Below, one piece after another: positions 40,827 through 50,925 of a stretch of DNA of 64,000 bases. Within the stretch, counting starts at the first letter, position 1, and each line of letters opens with the position of its first letter. The notes under the pieces were generated by a model, which worked only from the letters and a program-made list of their open reading frames with translations, had not been told where the DNA came from and did no database searches. The DNA comes from Alphaproteobacteria bacterium. GTDB lineage: Bacteria; Pseudomonadota; Alphaproteobacteria; UBA6615. Location: positions 76,987 to 140,986 of the forward strand of contig JAALLF010000004.1 of assembly GCA_011087645.1 (NCBI GenBank), given 5' to 3'. The translations under genes were made by a program, and so were the position numbers.

Positions 40827-40931
40827 CGCATCGCCATAAAGATATAGTGACTTGTCGAATGCTCGTTTTCCCGCTGAGGTCAGGACTCCTGGGGAATTAT
40901 CTCCAATGACCGTATGGTGGGAGCCGACGAG

Positions 40932-41975
40932 ATGACCGCGACAACCCTGGATAACCCCGCCTGGGAAATCCGCAATGCGGACCTGCTGTTCCGAACCGTC
41001 GCGCTTACCATTGTCGCGATGGCGTTGGCCTTCATCTTTAACAACTATCTTATTTTCTGGCGTGGCTGGCCGGGCATCGTCAACTTTTTCTCGCACCAGG
41101 GTTGGTTCGGGTTTGAACCCTTACGCAAGCCGCTCAGCGGTGAAGCCGTCACTCTGGGCTGGCTGCAATTCGTTGGCTATTGGGCACTATTTCTTGCGAT
41201 CATTGGATACGTTACGGGGACGCGCCATCGCACGCTACGCCTCGATGCCGAACGGTTTTCGGCCCTCGCCTCCTACATAATCCGGGTAGCGTTTTGGTCG
41301 GTATTACTCATTGGTATCGTCGACAGCGCGATATCTTTTGTGCGCGTCGAAGGTTTCCTGCCGGCAATCGTCGGAGACGAACTCGCCAAACAGCTCGGTC
41401 AATCGCGGTTCCGCGGCACCTTCGTCCATTACCCGTTGGTCCTGACCTCTCTGGTGATCGCCTATTTTGTGCGTGGGTTGGGATTTACCTGGCTCGCGCT
41501 CTTGGTGGTTCTCGCCGAGTTTCAAATCGTCGTGGTCCGTTTCATATTTTCCTATGAACAGGCCTTTCTTGGCGACCTGGTGCGCTTCTGGTACGCGGCG
41601 TTGTTCCTATTCGCCAGCGCCTACACCTTGATCGAAGAGGGCCATGTGCGCGTCGACGTGCTCTACGCCGGGTTCGACAAACGCGGGAAGGCCTGGATCA
41701 ACGCCCTGGGATCCCTATTACTCGGCATCCCCCTATGCTGGACGATTCTCGCATTGGGCATGTGGAGCAAGGCAACCGTTATCAACAGCCCGCTTTTGGC
41801 CTTCGAAACCACCCAAAGCGGATTCGGGTTGTACGTGAAGTATCTGATGGCCGGTTTCCTCGCCGTTTATGCCCTATCGATGATGGTGCAGTTCACCAGC
41901 TATTTCCTCTCGAACGTCGCCGACTTGCGCGGAGAACCGGGTGGCCGAGAACCGGCCAACGGATCGACGCACTAG
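40932..41975 (+). CDS. dctQ: TRAP small permease DctQ with N-terminal membrane extension
   Basis: C-half has VVRFIF...LFLFASAYTL..EGHVRVD.LY; lies between dctP and dctM; alternative start 40914. Confidence 0.8.
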   Translation: MTATTLDNPAWEIRNADLLFRTVALTIVAMALAFIFNNYLIFWRGWPGIVNFFSHQGWFGFEPLRKPLSGEAVTLGWLQFVGYWALFLAIIGYVTGTRHRTLRLDAERFSALASYIIRVAFWSVLLIGIVDSAISFVRVEGFLPAIVGDELAKQLGQSRFRGTFVHYPLVLTSLVIAYFVRGLGFTWLALLVVLAEFQIVVVRFIFSYEQAFLGDLVRFWYAALFLFASAYTLIEEGHVRVDVLYAGFDKRGKAWINALGSLLLGIPLCWTILALGMWSKATVINSPLLAFETTQSGFGLYVKYLMAGFLAVYALSMMVQFTSYFLSNVADLRGEPGGREPANGSTH

Positions 41976-42002
41976 GCTGTCGATCGCGGGGGAATTGGAA
42001 CG

Positions 42003-44669
42003 ATGGAACTTTTCTTTTTAGCGCTACTTGTCCTGACCATGGCTGGCGCCTTGGCCGCTGGGTTCCCCGTGGCGTTTGCACTGCCGGGTTCGGCGATTTT
42101 AACGATTGGCATTGCCTCCATAGCTGGTGCGTTATTCGCTGGCGATGTGAGCGCGTTTTTTGCCCAGGATGGCCCCGTTCAGTGGTTGACCGCCGGCGTC
42201 ACCAATTTTCGCGGTGTCTATTGGGAAGTCGAGCGCGATACGCTGATTGCCGTACCGCTGTTCGTGTTCATGGGCATCATGCTGCAGCGCTCGAAGATCG
42301 CCGAGGATTTGCTGGTCACCATGGCGCAGCTGTTCGGTCCGATACCGGGTGGGCTCGGCATCTCGGTCGTCCTGGTCGGCGCTCTACTCGCCGCGACCAC
42401 CGGCATCCTGGGGGCCACAGTGGTCGCCATGGGGCTGATTTCGTTGCCGGCGATGCTGCGCAACAATTACTCCAAGCCTCTAGCGACCGGCACCATCGCC
42501 GCGGCCGGCACCCTGGGTCAAATTATCCCGCCCTCGATCGTTCTGATCATCCTTGCCGATCAGCTCTCCAACGCAACCGATCAGGCCGGCACCCTGCGCC
42601 AAATCGAATATAAGAACGCCACCGGGCAAGCAGTATTGCCGACAGAATTCGGTATCACCTCGACCAGCGCCGGCGATATGTTCCTCGGCGCATTTCTACC
42701 CGGCCTTGTCCTGGTTGGGCTGTATGTCACCTACATTCTGATTACCGCGATCATTCGTCCAAAATCCGCGCCGCCGGTACCGTCCGACGATAAGTTCGAT
42801 CTACAATTCGCCTTTCGGGTCATACTTGCACTGGTCCCGCCCCTGGCATTGATTTTCGCCGTTCTGGGTTCGATCATTCTCGGTATTGCAACTGTCAACC
42901 AAGCCGGCGCCATCGGCGCGATTGGCGCCATGATCATGGCGGGTTACCGTCTGATGGAGGGCAAGCGCGGCGCCTTTACCCCTGCCATAATCGCTATCGT
43001 ATCGATCGTCGCCATTATGGTTTTGCTGGGTCAATTCGATCTCAACATTAAGAGTATCGATACCCGCCAAGACTTGACCGGTGTCATTCTCGCGGTCATC
43101 GCGGTCATAGGCTTGCTCTTCGCGGTCGGCTGGAGCGGCTGGCGGACAGTGAAAATCGACGACACGTTGAAGGGTGTCATGGTGGAGACCGCCAAGACCA
43201 CTTCGATGGTTTTCATCATCTTACTCGGCGCGGCGATGCTAACCGCCGCGTTTCGCAGTTTCGGCGGTGAAGAGCTGGTGAAGGAATTTCTCACCAGCCT
43301 GCCGGGCGGGTTCTGGACCCAGTTCATCGTCGTCATGGGCGTGATCTTCCTTCTGGGGTTCTTCCTCGACTTCATCGAAATCGCCGTTGTCGTGGTTCCT
43401 ATCGTCGCGCCGATCCTGCTGTCCGATCCGGCCGCCAATGTGACCGCCGTATGGTTAGGCGTGATGATCGGCGTAAACATGCAGACATCTTTCTTGACGC
43501 CGCCCTTCGGCTTCGCGTTGTTCTATCTTCGCGGCGTGGCGCCGATAGAGGTCAAAACCACCGATATTTATCGTGGTGTCGTCGCCTTCATTCTGCTGCA
43601 ACTGGTCGGCCTCGGCATTGCCGGCACCTTCCCCAGCCTAGTGAACTTCCTGCCCAACCAATCCTTCCTGACCGCCGAAACGGCCCCGCCGCCGAAAAAC
43701 CCCCGCCTCCAGCAATGCCTCGAGCAGCATATTTTTGCGGTTTATGACGACAGCAGCGACACTTTGCGGACCGCCATTCAAGGGGCGATGCGCCTCGACA
43801 TCAGCTACCTGCCCGAGAACCGCCAGAGCGAGTTGGCGAAGAGTTTCGATCTGGCGCTCGGAACTTTCGATCTGGTGACGCAGGTGCGCGCTGCCGAGGC
43901 CGACGTGGCGCAGGCGACCGTGACCTACCGTCCGATTCATGTCGATGTTCGCAACCTGCAAAAGGATGTCCGCAATATCGATGATGAGATTGATGAACTC
44001 AGCGATGATCTCAACCGCCTAAGACGAAGCCAAGCAACCTTGTCTGGCGACCTCAAAGATATTGAAAATATCATTGAGGCATTGGAGGCGGAAAAGGCGG
44101 TGATTGAGGGCCAAATACCTGGTAGCTGGGAGAATGACCGCAAACAGTTCGTCAGCCTTCTCACCGCGCAGAAAAAAGCACGCCGGGACTATCGCCGCAA
44201 TGTCGATAGCGCCTATGAACCGGTGAATAAATTATTATCCGTCGCGCTATCAGGGGGATCACTGGCGGAGATTTCCGGCGATATGCGGGCTCTGACGGCG
44301 ATTGCCCAGAACGGGACGGTCGATGAGGTGAAAGCCGCCCTGAAAGCCGCCCGGAGCGCGCTCAGCAAAGCCGCGCCAGATACCGGCGCGATCAGTTCGG
44401 TCCTGACCAAGGCTGACCGTGCCTTGAAGAAAAATGGCAACGGCCGCGAGACGGCCGTCGAATTCGTTGCCGAGGCTGTCGCGCTTTACACCAGCGAAGT
44501 AACGTGGCGCGAACGCGCCGCCACAGACCTATTCGCCGACCTCAGCAGCTATGACGACGCCATTAAGAATTCCATCGGCATTCGCCTGCAGGATCGCCTA
44601 CCGACCAGCATCGCTAGAAGTGTCGCCGCTTGCCGTTCCCAGCATCGCGACATATCGTTGAATTTCTAG
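42003..44669 (+). CDS. dctM: TRAP large permease DctM with long C-terminal soluble extension
   Basis: GFPVAFAL, LIAVPLFVFMG, GTLGQIIPPS, LGFFLDFIEI, NMQTSFLTPPFGFALFYLRG, then about 337 hydrophilic residues. Confidence 0.9.
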   Translation: MELFFLALLVLTMAGALAAGFPVAFALPGSAILTIGIASIAGALFAGDVSAFFAQDGPVQWLTAGVTNFRGVYWEVERDTLIAVPLFVFMGIMLQRSKIAEDLLVTMAQLFGPIPGGLGISVVLVGALLAATTGILGATVVAMGLISLPAMLRNNYSKPLATGTIAAAGTLGQIIPPSIVLIILADQLSNATDQAGTLRQIEYKNATGQAVLPTEFGITSTSAGDMFLGAFLPGLVLVGLYVTYILITAIIRPKSAPPVPSDDKFDLQFAFRVILALVPPLALIFAVLGSIILGIATVNQAGAIGAIGAMIMAGYRLMEGKRGAFTPAIIAIVSIVAIMVLLGQFDLNIKSIDTRQDLTGVILAVIAVIGLLFAVGWSGWRTVKIDDTLKGVMVETAKTTSMVFIILLGAAMLTAAFRSFGGEELVKEFLTSLPGGFWTQFIVVMGVIFLLGFFLDFIEIAVVVVPIVAPILLSDPAANVTAVWLGVMIGVNMQTSFLTPPFGFALFYLRGVAPIEVKTTDIYRGVVAFILLQLVGLGIAGTFPSLVNFLPNQSFLTAETAPPPKNPRLQQCLEQHIFAVYDDSSDTLRTAIQGAMRLDISYLPENRQSELAKSFDLALGTFDLVTQVRAAEADVAQATVTYRPIHVDVRNLQKDVRNIDDEIDELSDDLNRLRRSQATLSGDLKDIENIIEALEAEKAVIEGQIPGSWENDRKQFVSLLTAQKKARRDYRRNVDSAYEPVNKLLSVALSGGSLAEISGDMRALTAIAQNGTVDEVKAALKAARSALSKAAPDTGAISSVLTKADRALKKNGNGRETAVEFVAEAVALYTSEVTWRERAATDLFADLSSYDDAIKNSIGIRLQDRLPTSIARSVAACRSQHRDISLNF

Positions 44670-45310
44670 CGTTCCTTCGAGAACAGCCGCCAGGCAACGG
44701 GAAATAGGACTGCGGCCAAGGCGAGCTTCAACGCGTCACCCACCAAGAACGGCATTAAACCACCGGCGATGGCCGCGCTCATGGCTGTATTCGCGCCCGT
44801 AGCGGCAATGGATTGCGCACCCGGTCCGGCGTAGAACATCGTCAGCCAAATCAAACCGGGAATATAGAGAACGATATTGCCGATCAGCATGGCGGCCGCT
44901 GCCAGCCACACATTGCGGTCCCAGCCCAGCTCCGCCAAATAGCCGATAATTACCGCGGCAAAAATAAATCCAACGATAAATCCGCCCGACGGGGCCGCCA
45001 AAGCGGCAAAGCCGGCGGCGCCCTTTGCGAAGACCGGCAGATTAAAAACCGCGCCTTCAATCAAATATAAAATTAGCGTCGCACCACCCAGCCGCCAGCC
45101 GAACGCCATGCCGACCACTAGAACGGCGAAAGTTTGCCCGGTTACCGGCACCGGCCACAGTGGCACCACAACCTGCGCGCTCAGGGCCACAAACAGGCTA
45201 CCGACAATAGCGAGAATGACATTGCGGACCACCCGCATCACGGTTGGCGACGAGGCGTCGGGCCATAAGGTTTCGGCCAGGGTCGGCTGCATTTGTGCGC
45301 TCGCTGTCAT
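44666..45310 (-). CDS. bioY: Biotin transporter BioY
   Basis: PVPVTGQTFAV, YLIEG...LPVFA, PSGGFIVGF, PFLVGDALK. Confidence 0.92.
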   Translation of the reverse strand: MTASAQMQPTLAETLWPDASSPTVMRVVRNVILAIVGSLFVALSAQVVVPLWPVPVTGQTFAVLVVGMAFGWRLGGATLILYLIEGAVFNLPVFAKGAAGFAALAAPSGGFIVGFIFAAVIIGYLAELGWDRNVWLAAAAMLIGNIVLYIPGLIWLTMFYAGPGAQSIAATGANTAMSAAIAGGLMPFLVGDALKLALAAVLFPVAWRLFSKER

Positions 45311-45411
45311 ATCTCAATACCCCTTGTTCACGGTCGGTCTGTCACCGAATAGTCTTGCTTGTTAGCATTTCCGTCCAGCGCCAACAATAATTGGCGCCAA
45401 ATTGTCATTTA

Positions 45412-47640
45412 TCACGAGAACCTGTTCGATCGCGGGAATCCTTGCGGCGGCAGACGGCCTGCCTGAGCGCGTTTGCCCACCCAGTCGGCGATCTCCTTTT
45501 GCTCGAACGTGCGATGGCGCTCGCCGGTGCGCACCGTCAGGCCATCACCCATCGTAAAGGTTAGCCCGTCGCGCAGCCCGCCATTGGCATAGCTCTGTAA
45601 TTTGATGCCCCGTCCCCGCGACATCTCAGGTAATTCAGCGAGCGGGAAAATCAGCAATTTACGATTGTCGCCGATGACCGCCACATGGTCGCCCTTAGCG
45701 ACGGTACAGACTTGCGCTTCCACATCGCCGCGCACATTCAAGACCTGCTTGCCGCTGCGGGTCTGCGCCACCACCTCTTCTTCCGCCACGACGAAGCCGC
45801 GCCCGTCGCTGGCCGCGACAAATAGCTTACGATCGGCCTGGTGGACCAAAATGCCAACGATATCAGCATCGTTGCCAAGATCGATCATCAGGCTCAGCGG
45901 TTCGCCATGGCCCCGGCCGCCGGGCAGCTTATCGACGCCAACGGTGTAGAAACGCCCATTGGTGGCAAATACCAGCACCTTATCGGTGGTTTCCGCAGCG
46001 ACGATGAACCGGCTGCTGTCACCCTCTTTATACTTTAGGGTCGCTTGATCGACATTGTGGCCCTTGATGGTCCGCACCCAGCCCTTTTGCGAACAAACGA
46101 TGGTGACCTGCTCGCGCTCTATGATCGCTTCCACCGGAACAATGATGGGCTCGGGCGCGTCGCTGACCTTGGTGCGGCGCCGGCCGATGTCGGTCTTGGG
46201 ACCAAACTTCTTTTTAATCTCGGCGATTTCCGATGCAAGCCGATCGAGGCGCTTCTTACGGTCGCGCAGCAGGGCCCGCAGAGACTTTTGCTCGCCCTCG
46301 AGCTGGGAAATTTCCTCCTGGATGGCGATTTCTTCCAACCGCCGCAAGGCCCGCAGGCGCATATTCAAAATAGCGTCGACTTGCGCGTCAGTCAGCTTCC
46401 AACGCTTTTTCATCACCGCCTTGGGATCGTCTTCCTCGCGAATAATGCGAATGACCTCGTCGAGATTGAGATAGACGATCATGTAGCCTTGCAGGACTTC
46501 CAAGCGGCTGGCGATCTTCTCGAGGCGATGCTTGCTGCGCCGCACCAGCACATCGTGGCGGTGATCGAGGAACGCCTGCAAAACCTCGCGCAGCGACATC
46601 ACACGCGGCGTTTGATCGGCGTCGAGGACATTCATATTCAAGCCAATGCGGGTTTCCAGCTCGGTCTGGCGGAACAGACTTTCCATCAACACCGCCGGCT
46701 CCACGTTGCGGCTTTTCGGTTCCAGCACCAAGCGGATGTCTTCGGCCGACTCATCGCGCACATCGGCCAACATGGCCAGTTTACGGGCCTGCAGCAGATC
46801 AGCGATTTTTTCGATCAAGCGGGACTTCTGCACCTGATAGGGAATTTCCGTGACCACCACCTGATACTGGCTACGGCCGAGATCCTCGACCTCCCATTTG
46901 GCGCGGACCCGAAAACTGCCTCGACCAGTGTTATAGGCATCGATAACGCTTTCGCGGCTTTCCACCAACTCGCCCCCGGTGGGAAAATCAGGTCCGGGCA
47001 TAAAGTCGACCAGCTTGGCGATGGTCGCTTTCGGCGTTTTCAAGAGATGTAGCGCCGCGTCGCAGATTTCGCCGACATTATGGGGCGGAATACTGGACGC
47101 CATGCCGACGGCGATACCCGTGGCGCCGTTGGCCAACAGATTGGGGAAATTTGCCGGCAAGACAACCGGCTCTTCGCCTTCGCCGTCATAGGTATCGCGG
47201 AAGTCGACGGCGTCCTCGTCGATCCCTTCGAGCAACGCCACGGCAATTTCCGTCATGCGCGCTTCGGTGTAGCGCATAGCCGCGGCGTTATCGCCGTCGA
47301 TATTGCCGAAATTGCCTTGGCCGTCGACCAACGGATAGCGTACCGCGAATTCCTGCGCCAGCCGCACCATCGCATCGTAGATCGCCTGATCGCCATGGGG
47401 ATGGAACTTGCCCATCACGTCGCCAACGACGCGGGCGCATTTTTTGAAACCTTGCTCGGGGTCGAGGCGCAATTGGCGCATGGCGAATAGCAGGCGCCGG
47501 TGCACGGGTTTGAGGCCATCGCGCACATCTGGCAGCGAGCGGGCCATGATCGTCGAGACAGCATAACTCAAATAGCGCTCGCTCAGCGCGTCCTTGAACG
47601 GCTCTTCGCGAATGGTCCCGACGGAGGCGGTACTTGCCAT
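45412..47640 (-). CDS. parC: DNA topoisomerase IV subunit A
   Basis: [42 protein letters not shown]; short C-terminal domain. Confidence 0.95.
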   Translation of the reverse strand: MASTASVGTIREEPFKDALSERYLSYAVSTIMARSLPDVRDGLKPVHRRLLFAMRQLRLDPEQGFKKCARVVGDVMGKFHPHGDQAIYDAMVRLAQEFAVRYPLVDGQGNFGNIDGDNAAAMRYTEARMTEIAVALLEGIDEDAVDFRDTYDGEGEEPVVLPANFPNLLANGATGIAVGMASSIPPHNVGEICDAALHLLKTPKATIAKLVDFMPGPDFPTGGELVESRESVIDAYNTGRGSFRVRAKWEVEDLGRSQYQVVVTEIPYQVQKSRLIEKIADLLQARKLAMLADVRDESAEDIRLVLEPKSRNVEPAVLMESLFRQTELETRIGLNMNVLDADQTPRVMSLREVLQAFLDHRHDVLVRRSKHRLEKIASRLEVLQGYMIVYLNLDEVIRIIREEDDPKAVMKKRWKLTDAQVDAILNMRLRALRRLEEIAIQEEISQLEGEQKSLRALLRDRKKRLDRLASEIAEIKKKFGPKTDIGRRRTKVSDAPEPIIVPVEAIIEREQVTIVCSQKGWVRTIKGHNVDQATLKYKEGDSSRFIVAAETTDKVLVFATNGRFYTVGVDKLPGGRGHGEPLSLMIDLGNDADIVGILVHQADRKLFVAASDGRGFVVAEEEVVAQTRSGKQVLNVRGDVEAQVCTVAKGDHVAVIGDNRKLLIFPLAELPEMSRGRGIKLQSYANGGLRDGLTFTMGDGLTVRTGERHRTFEQKEIADWVGKRAQAGRLPPQGFPRSNRFS

Positions 47641-47655
47641 TATAATCCTCTACAA

Positions 47656-47702
47656 CCGCAGCATATTGTGGTTAGAGGTTGTTTTAGATCAACAGATAGC
47701 GC
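47656..47702. promoter_or_regulatory. Tandem NrdR-box-like motifs upstream of parC
   Basis: ccgCAgcATATTGtgg (47656-47671) and gatCAAcAgATAGcgc (47687-47702), 31 bp apart, compared with consensus acaCwAtATaTwGtgt. Confidence 0.5.
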
Positions 47703-47714
47703 TTTGCCACATAT

Positions 47715-48464
47715 CTATGGCGATTTTGGCGGATCTTTCAGCAAATCGGTCAGCCGATCGCGCGCGCCGGGTAGCGGCTTGTTCAACGGGTCGAATACGT
47801 GACGCGCCAAGAAATAGCGAGTCAACGTGACACCATCGCGAATATCATCCGCCGTAGCGCTGATTTCAGTACCTTCGGATGGCGCCAGAAAGCCGGGTAA
47901 CACAAGTAACTTATCCTGATAGAGCATCCCCGCCTCGCGCGACACCGCGCGGCCGGTCCGTGGGCTGACAAAGATCAAATCATCGCTCTGGCCGGTCGCC
48001 GCGCAGGTCGATAAATCCAAACCAAACCCTAGCTCGCCGAGCAGACCCAGCTCCCAGCGAATATAAACCGCCGGCCAGACGTCGTCATCGGTGTCGGCCA
48101 AACTATCGAGCAGCGCCTGGGTGGCGTGGAACATCGCCGGATGGGGTTCGCGTTCGGGCAGCGCTACTTCGGCAACCGCACACGCCGCGGCCAAAGCCGA
48201 TAGGCGCTTGGGATCGTCCATCAAAGAGGCGGCATAGGATCGCTCGACCTCCAGGGTGACGCTGCCCAGATGTTCCGGCAAACGGCCGCGCCAATTCGAT
48301 TGCACCCGATTGCCGGGCTCGACGATCGCGCGCTTCGATGACGAGCCGCCACCATGGACCAGTCCGGCATGACGGCCATGTTCGCGGGTCAGCAATTGTA
48401 CCACGGCTGCGCCCTCGCCGTGGCGGCGGGCGGCAAGCACAAAGGCTTCGTCGGTCCATTCCAT
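47715..48464 (-). CDS. recO: DNA repair protein RecO
   Basis: MEWTDEAFVL..RRHGE, LPEREPH, WELGLL.ELGFGLDL..CAATG, SPRTGRAVS. Confidence 0.95.
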   Translation of the reverse strand: MEWTDEAFVLAARRHGEGAAVVQLLTREHGRHAGLVHGGGSSSKRAIVEPGNRVQSNWRGRLPEHLGSVTLEVERSYAASLMDDPKRLSALAAACAVAEVALPEREPHPAMFHATQALLDSLADTDDDVWPAVYIRWELGLLGELGFGLDLSTCAATGQSDDLIFVSPRTGRAVSREAGMLYQDKLLVLPGFLAPSEGTEISATADDIRDGVTLTRYFLARHVFDPLNKPLPGARDRLTDLLKDPPKSP

Positions 48465-48494
48465 AATGCTAAATCGTCCAACCGCCGACGCCGG

Positions 48495-49394
48495 TCAAGC
48501 GTCGTAGCGCAGACCCCATTCGCGGTAGCGGCCGGGGTCGTTGACCCAGTTTTCGCGAACTTTGACGTGGATGAACAGATGCACCGGCTGATCGAGCAAC
48601 TCGGCCAGCTCCTGCTGCGCCTCGCTGCGGATCCGCTTTATGGTCTGTCCGCCCTTACCCAGCACGATGCCTTTCTGGGTTTCACGTTCAATATAAATTA
48701 CCTGGGCAACGCGCACACTGCCATCCTTGAAGTCCCGCCAATCCTCGGTATCGACGGCCAGGGCATAGGGAAGTTCCTGATGGAGATACAAATAAGCCTT
48801 CTCCCGGGTAACCTCAGCCGCCAACAATCGCTGTGGCAGGTCGGATAACTGATCCTCGGGAAATAACCACGGGCCGGCTTGCATTTTTGACGCCAGATAG
48901 GCCTGCAGGTCGTCGACCCCATCGCCGTTGAGAGCCGACACCATGAAAACGTCGTCGAACGCGCCCTTCGCGTTTAGCTCTTCCGCCAACGCCAACAACG
49001 TTTCCCGCTTCACCGTATCGATTTTGTTGAGAACCAAGACCGCCGGGCGCTCGCCTTCATTGAGTCCCTCCATGATATGGACCACTTCATCGGTGACGCC
49101 CTTGCGGGCATCGACAACCAGAACGACGATATCGGCATCCGCCGCACCCATCCAGGCGGCATCCACCATGGCCCGTTCGAGACGCCGGTGGGGTTTAAAG
49201 ATGCCCGGCGTATCCACATAGATCACCTGGGTCGCGCCGACGATGGCGATGCCGCGAATGCGGCTGCGCGTCGTTTGCACCTTGTGGGTCACGATCGAGA
49301 CCTTGGCGCCGACGAACTGATTGACCAGCGTCGATTTACCGGCATTGGGCACGCCGATGACGGCAACCACGCCGCATTTGGTCGGATCGGCCAT
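48495..49394 (-). CDS. era: GTPase Era
   Basis: GVPNAGKST, QTTR, DTPG, NKID, SAL, KH domain GKGG. Confidence 0.97.
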   Translation of the reverse strand: MADPTKCGVVAVIGVPNAGKSTLVNQFVGAKVSIVTHKVQTTRSRIRGIAIVGATQVIYVDTPGIFKPHRRLERAMVDAAWMGAADADIVVLVVDARKGVTDEVVHIMEGLNEGERPAVLVLNKIDTVKRETLLALAEELNAKGAFDDVFMVSALNGDGVDDLQAYLASKMQAGPWLFPEDQLSDLPQRLLAAEVTREKAYLYLHQELPYALAVDTEDWRDFKDGSVRVAQVIYIERETQKGIVLGKGGQTIKRIRSEAQQELAELLDQPVHLFIHVKVRENWVNDPGRYREWGLRYDA

Positions 49395-50056
49395 TATCCG
49401 CCAACCCCGAGCTGCGCCAATAAAAGGGTTGCCGCTTCTTGTTCGGCGGCGCGCTTGCTGCTTCCTTGGGCGAGCGCCGGCTCATGGCCCGCGGTGGTCA
49501 CCTCAACAGTGAATAGAGGCGCGTGGTCGGGTCCTTCCCGCGCGATGTCGCGATATTTCGGCAACCCGATGCCTTGCGCCTGGCTCCATTCCTGCAACGC
49601 GGTTTTGGCGTCGCGCGGCGGCGCGTCGGAGGGCTTTATCAACGGTGACCAGTGGTCGCTGATAAACCGCGCCGCTTCGGCAAAACCGCCATCGAGATAC
49701 AGCGCGGCAATCACCGCCTCGGTCGCGTCGGCCACCATGCCGTCATTGGCGGCGTCGCCGGATAGATTTAACGCCCCATCGATACCAACCGTTCGACCAA
49801 TTTGAGTGAGGGTTTCCGCCCGCACCAATTCCGCAAAGCGCCGGCCGATATCGCCTTCATCCTCGTCGGGAAAAGCGTCGAGAAGCATTTCCGCCATCGC
49901 CAAACCCAATACTCGATCGCCGAGAAACTCCAGGCGTTCGTTATTGTGAACCGCGCCGGCACTGGTGTGGGTTAAGGCACGGTCCAAAATATCCAGGTCG
50001 CGGAATGAATAGTCCAAGCTGACTTGCAGAGCGCTATACGAGCGATCGGCGGCCAT
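49394..50056 (-). CDS. rnc: Ribonuclease III
   Basis: ALTHTS, NERLEFLGDRVL, ADATEA, dsRBD DAKTALQE...GPDH...SKRAAEQ. Confidence 0.95.
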   Translation of the reverse strand: MAADRSYSALQVSLDYSFRDLDILDRALTHTSAGAVHNNERLEFLGDRVLGLAMAEMLLDAFPDEDEGDIGRRFAELVRAETLTQIGRTVGIDGALNLSGDAANDGMVADATEAVIAALYLDGGFAEAARFISDHWSPLIKPSDAPPRDAKTALQEWSQAQGIGLPKYRDIAREGPDHAPLFTVEVTTAGHEPALAQGSSKRAAEQEAATLLLAQLGVGG

Positions 50057-50829
50057 TAGTCGACGCTATTGAAGATGCGGGAAAACCGCGTCGCCGCCGG
50101 CCATCGCCAGGGCTGGAACCAGCCGGCTCGCCCGTCGGTCGAAAAGAATAGAATTTCGGCGCGGCCGACGAGATTTTCGGCCGGCACAAATCCCCAACTG
50201 CGGCTGTCGTTACTATCGTCGCGGTTATCGCCCATGGCGAAATATTGTCCCTCGGGAACGATAAATTCACGGGTATTGTCGACCGGGCCATTGTCGCCAA
50301 GCGATTCCCTAACCGTATAGCTGGGGCCGTTCGGCAAGGTCTCGGTGTATTGCGCGATACGCCGGGTCCTGCCGCGGCTGTCGCGCGTGACAAAATCTTC
50401 CATGCGGTTCTTGTCGACGGCCTCGCCATTGATGTGCAGCACGCCACCAATCATCTGTACGCGATCGCCGGACACGCCGACGATGCGTTTGATGAAATCG
50501 TCTTGATTGCTCGGCGGTTGCCGAAATACAGCAACATCGCCGCGCTTTGGCGCTTTGCTCAGGATACGTCCGGAGAAAAATCCAAAATCCAGCGGCAGCG
50601 CATAGCGGCTATAACCATAGGAAAATTTCGAGACGAAAAGATAATCGCCGACCAGAAGCGTCGGTATCATCGACCCCGACGGAATATTGAACGGCTGGTA
50701 GGCCACGGTGCGAATGAAAAAAGCGATCAGCAGAGCATAAATAATGGTGCGAAGGGTCTCGCCCCAGCCACCTTCGTTTTTTTTCTTTTTTTCTTCGGTG
50801 TCTGCCATGCTCTCGTCTTTGTTGGCCAT
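50056..50829 (-). CDS. lepB: Signal peptidase I
   Basis: IPSGSMIPTL, RGDVAVF, FIKRIVG, MGDNRDDSNDSR; start uncertain (50808, 50829 or 50853). Confidence 0.95.
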   Translation of the reverse strand: MANKDESMADTEEKKKKNEGGWGETLRTIIYALLIAFFIRTVAYQPFNIPSGSMIPTLLVGDYLFVSKFSYGYSRYALPLDFGFFSGRILSKAPKRGDVAVFRQPPSNQDDFIKRIVGVSGDRVQMIGGVLHINGEAVDKNRMEDFVTRDSRGRTRRIAQYTETLPNGPSYTVRESLGDNGPVDNTREFIVPEGQYFAMGDNRDDSNDSRSWGFVPAENLVGRAEILFFSTDGRAGWFQPWRWPAATRFSRIFNSVD

Positions 50830-50925
50830 TGCCAGGAGACCGATCAGCCTCATTCGATTTGCCGTGCCGCGGGCTTTCTAACCAGCCGCGCCGGAAATCA
50901 CCAGTCGTGAATGGGCAATTCCCAA

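Noticed and set aside
46045-47052. 335-aa ORF antisense to parC (similarly 25875-26696 and other antisense ORFs of about 200 aa or more)
   Set aside because: Fully nested opposite conserved housekeeping genes, with composition typical of reverse-frame translation.
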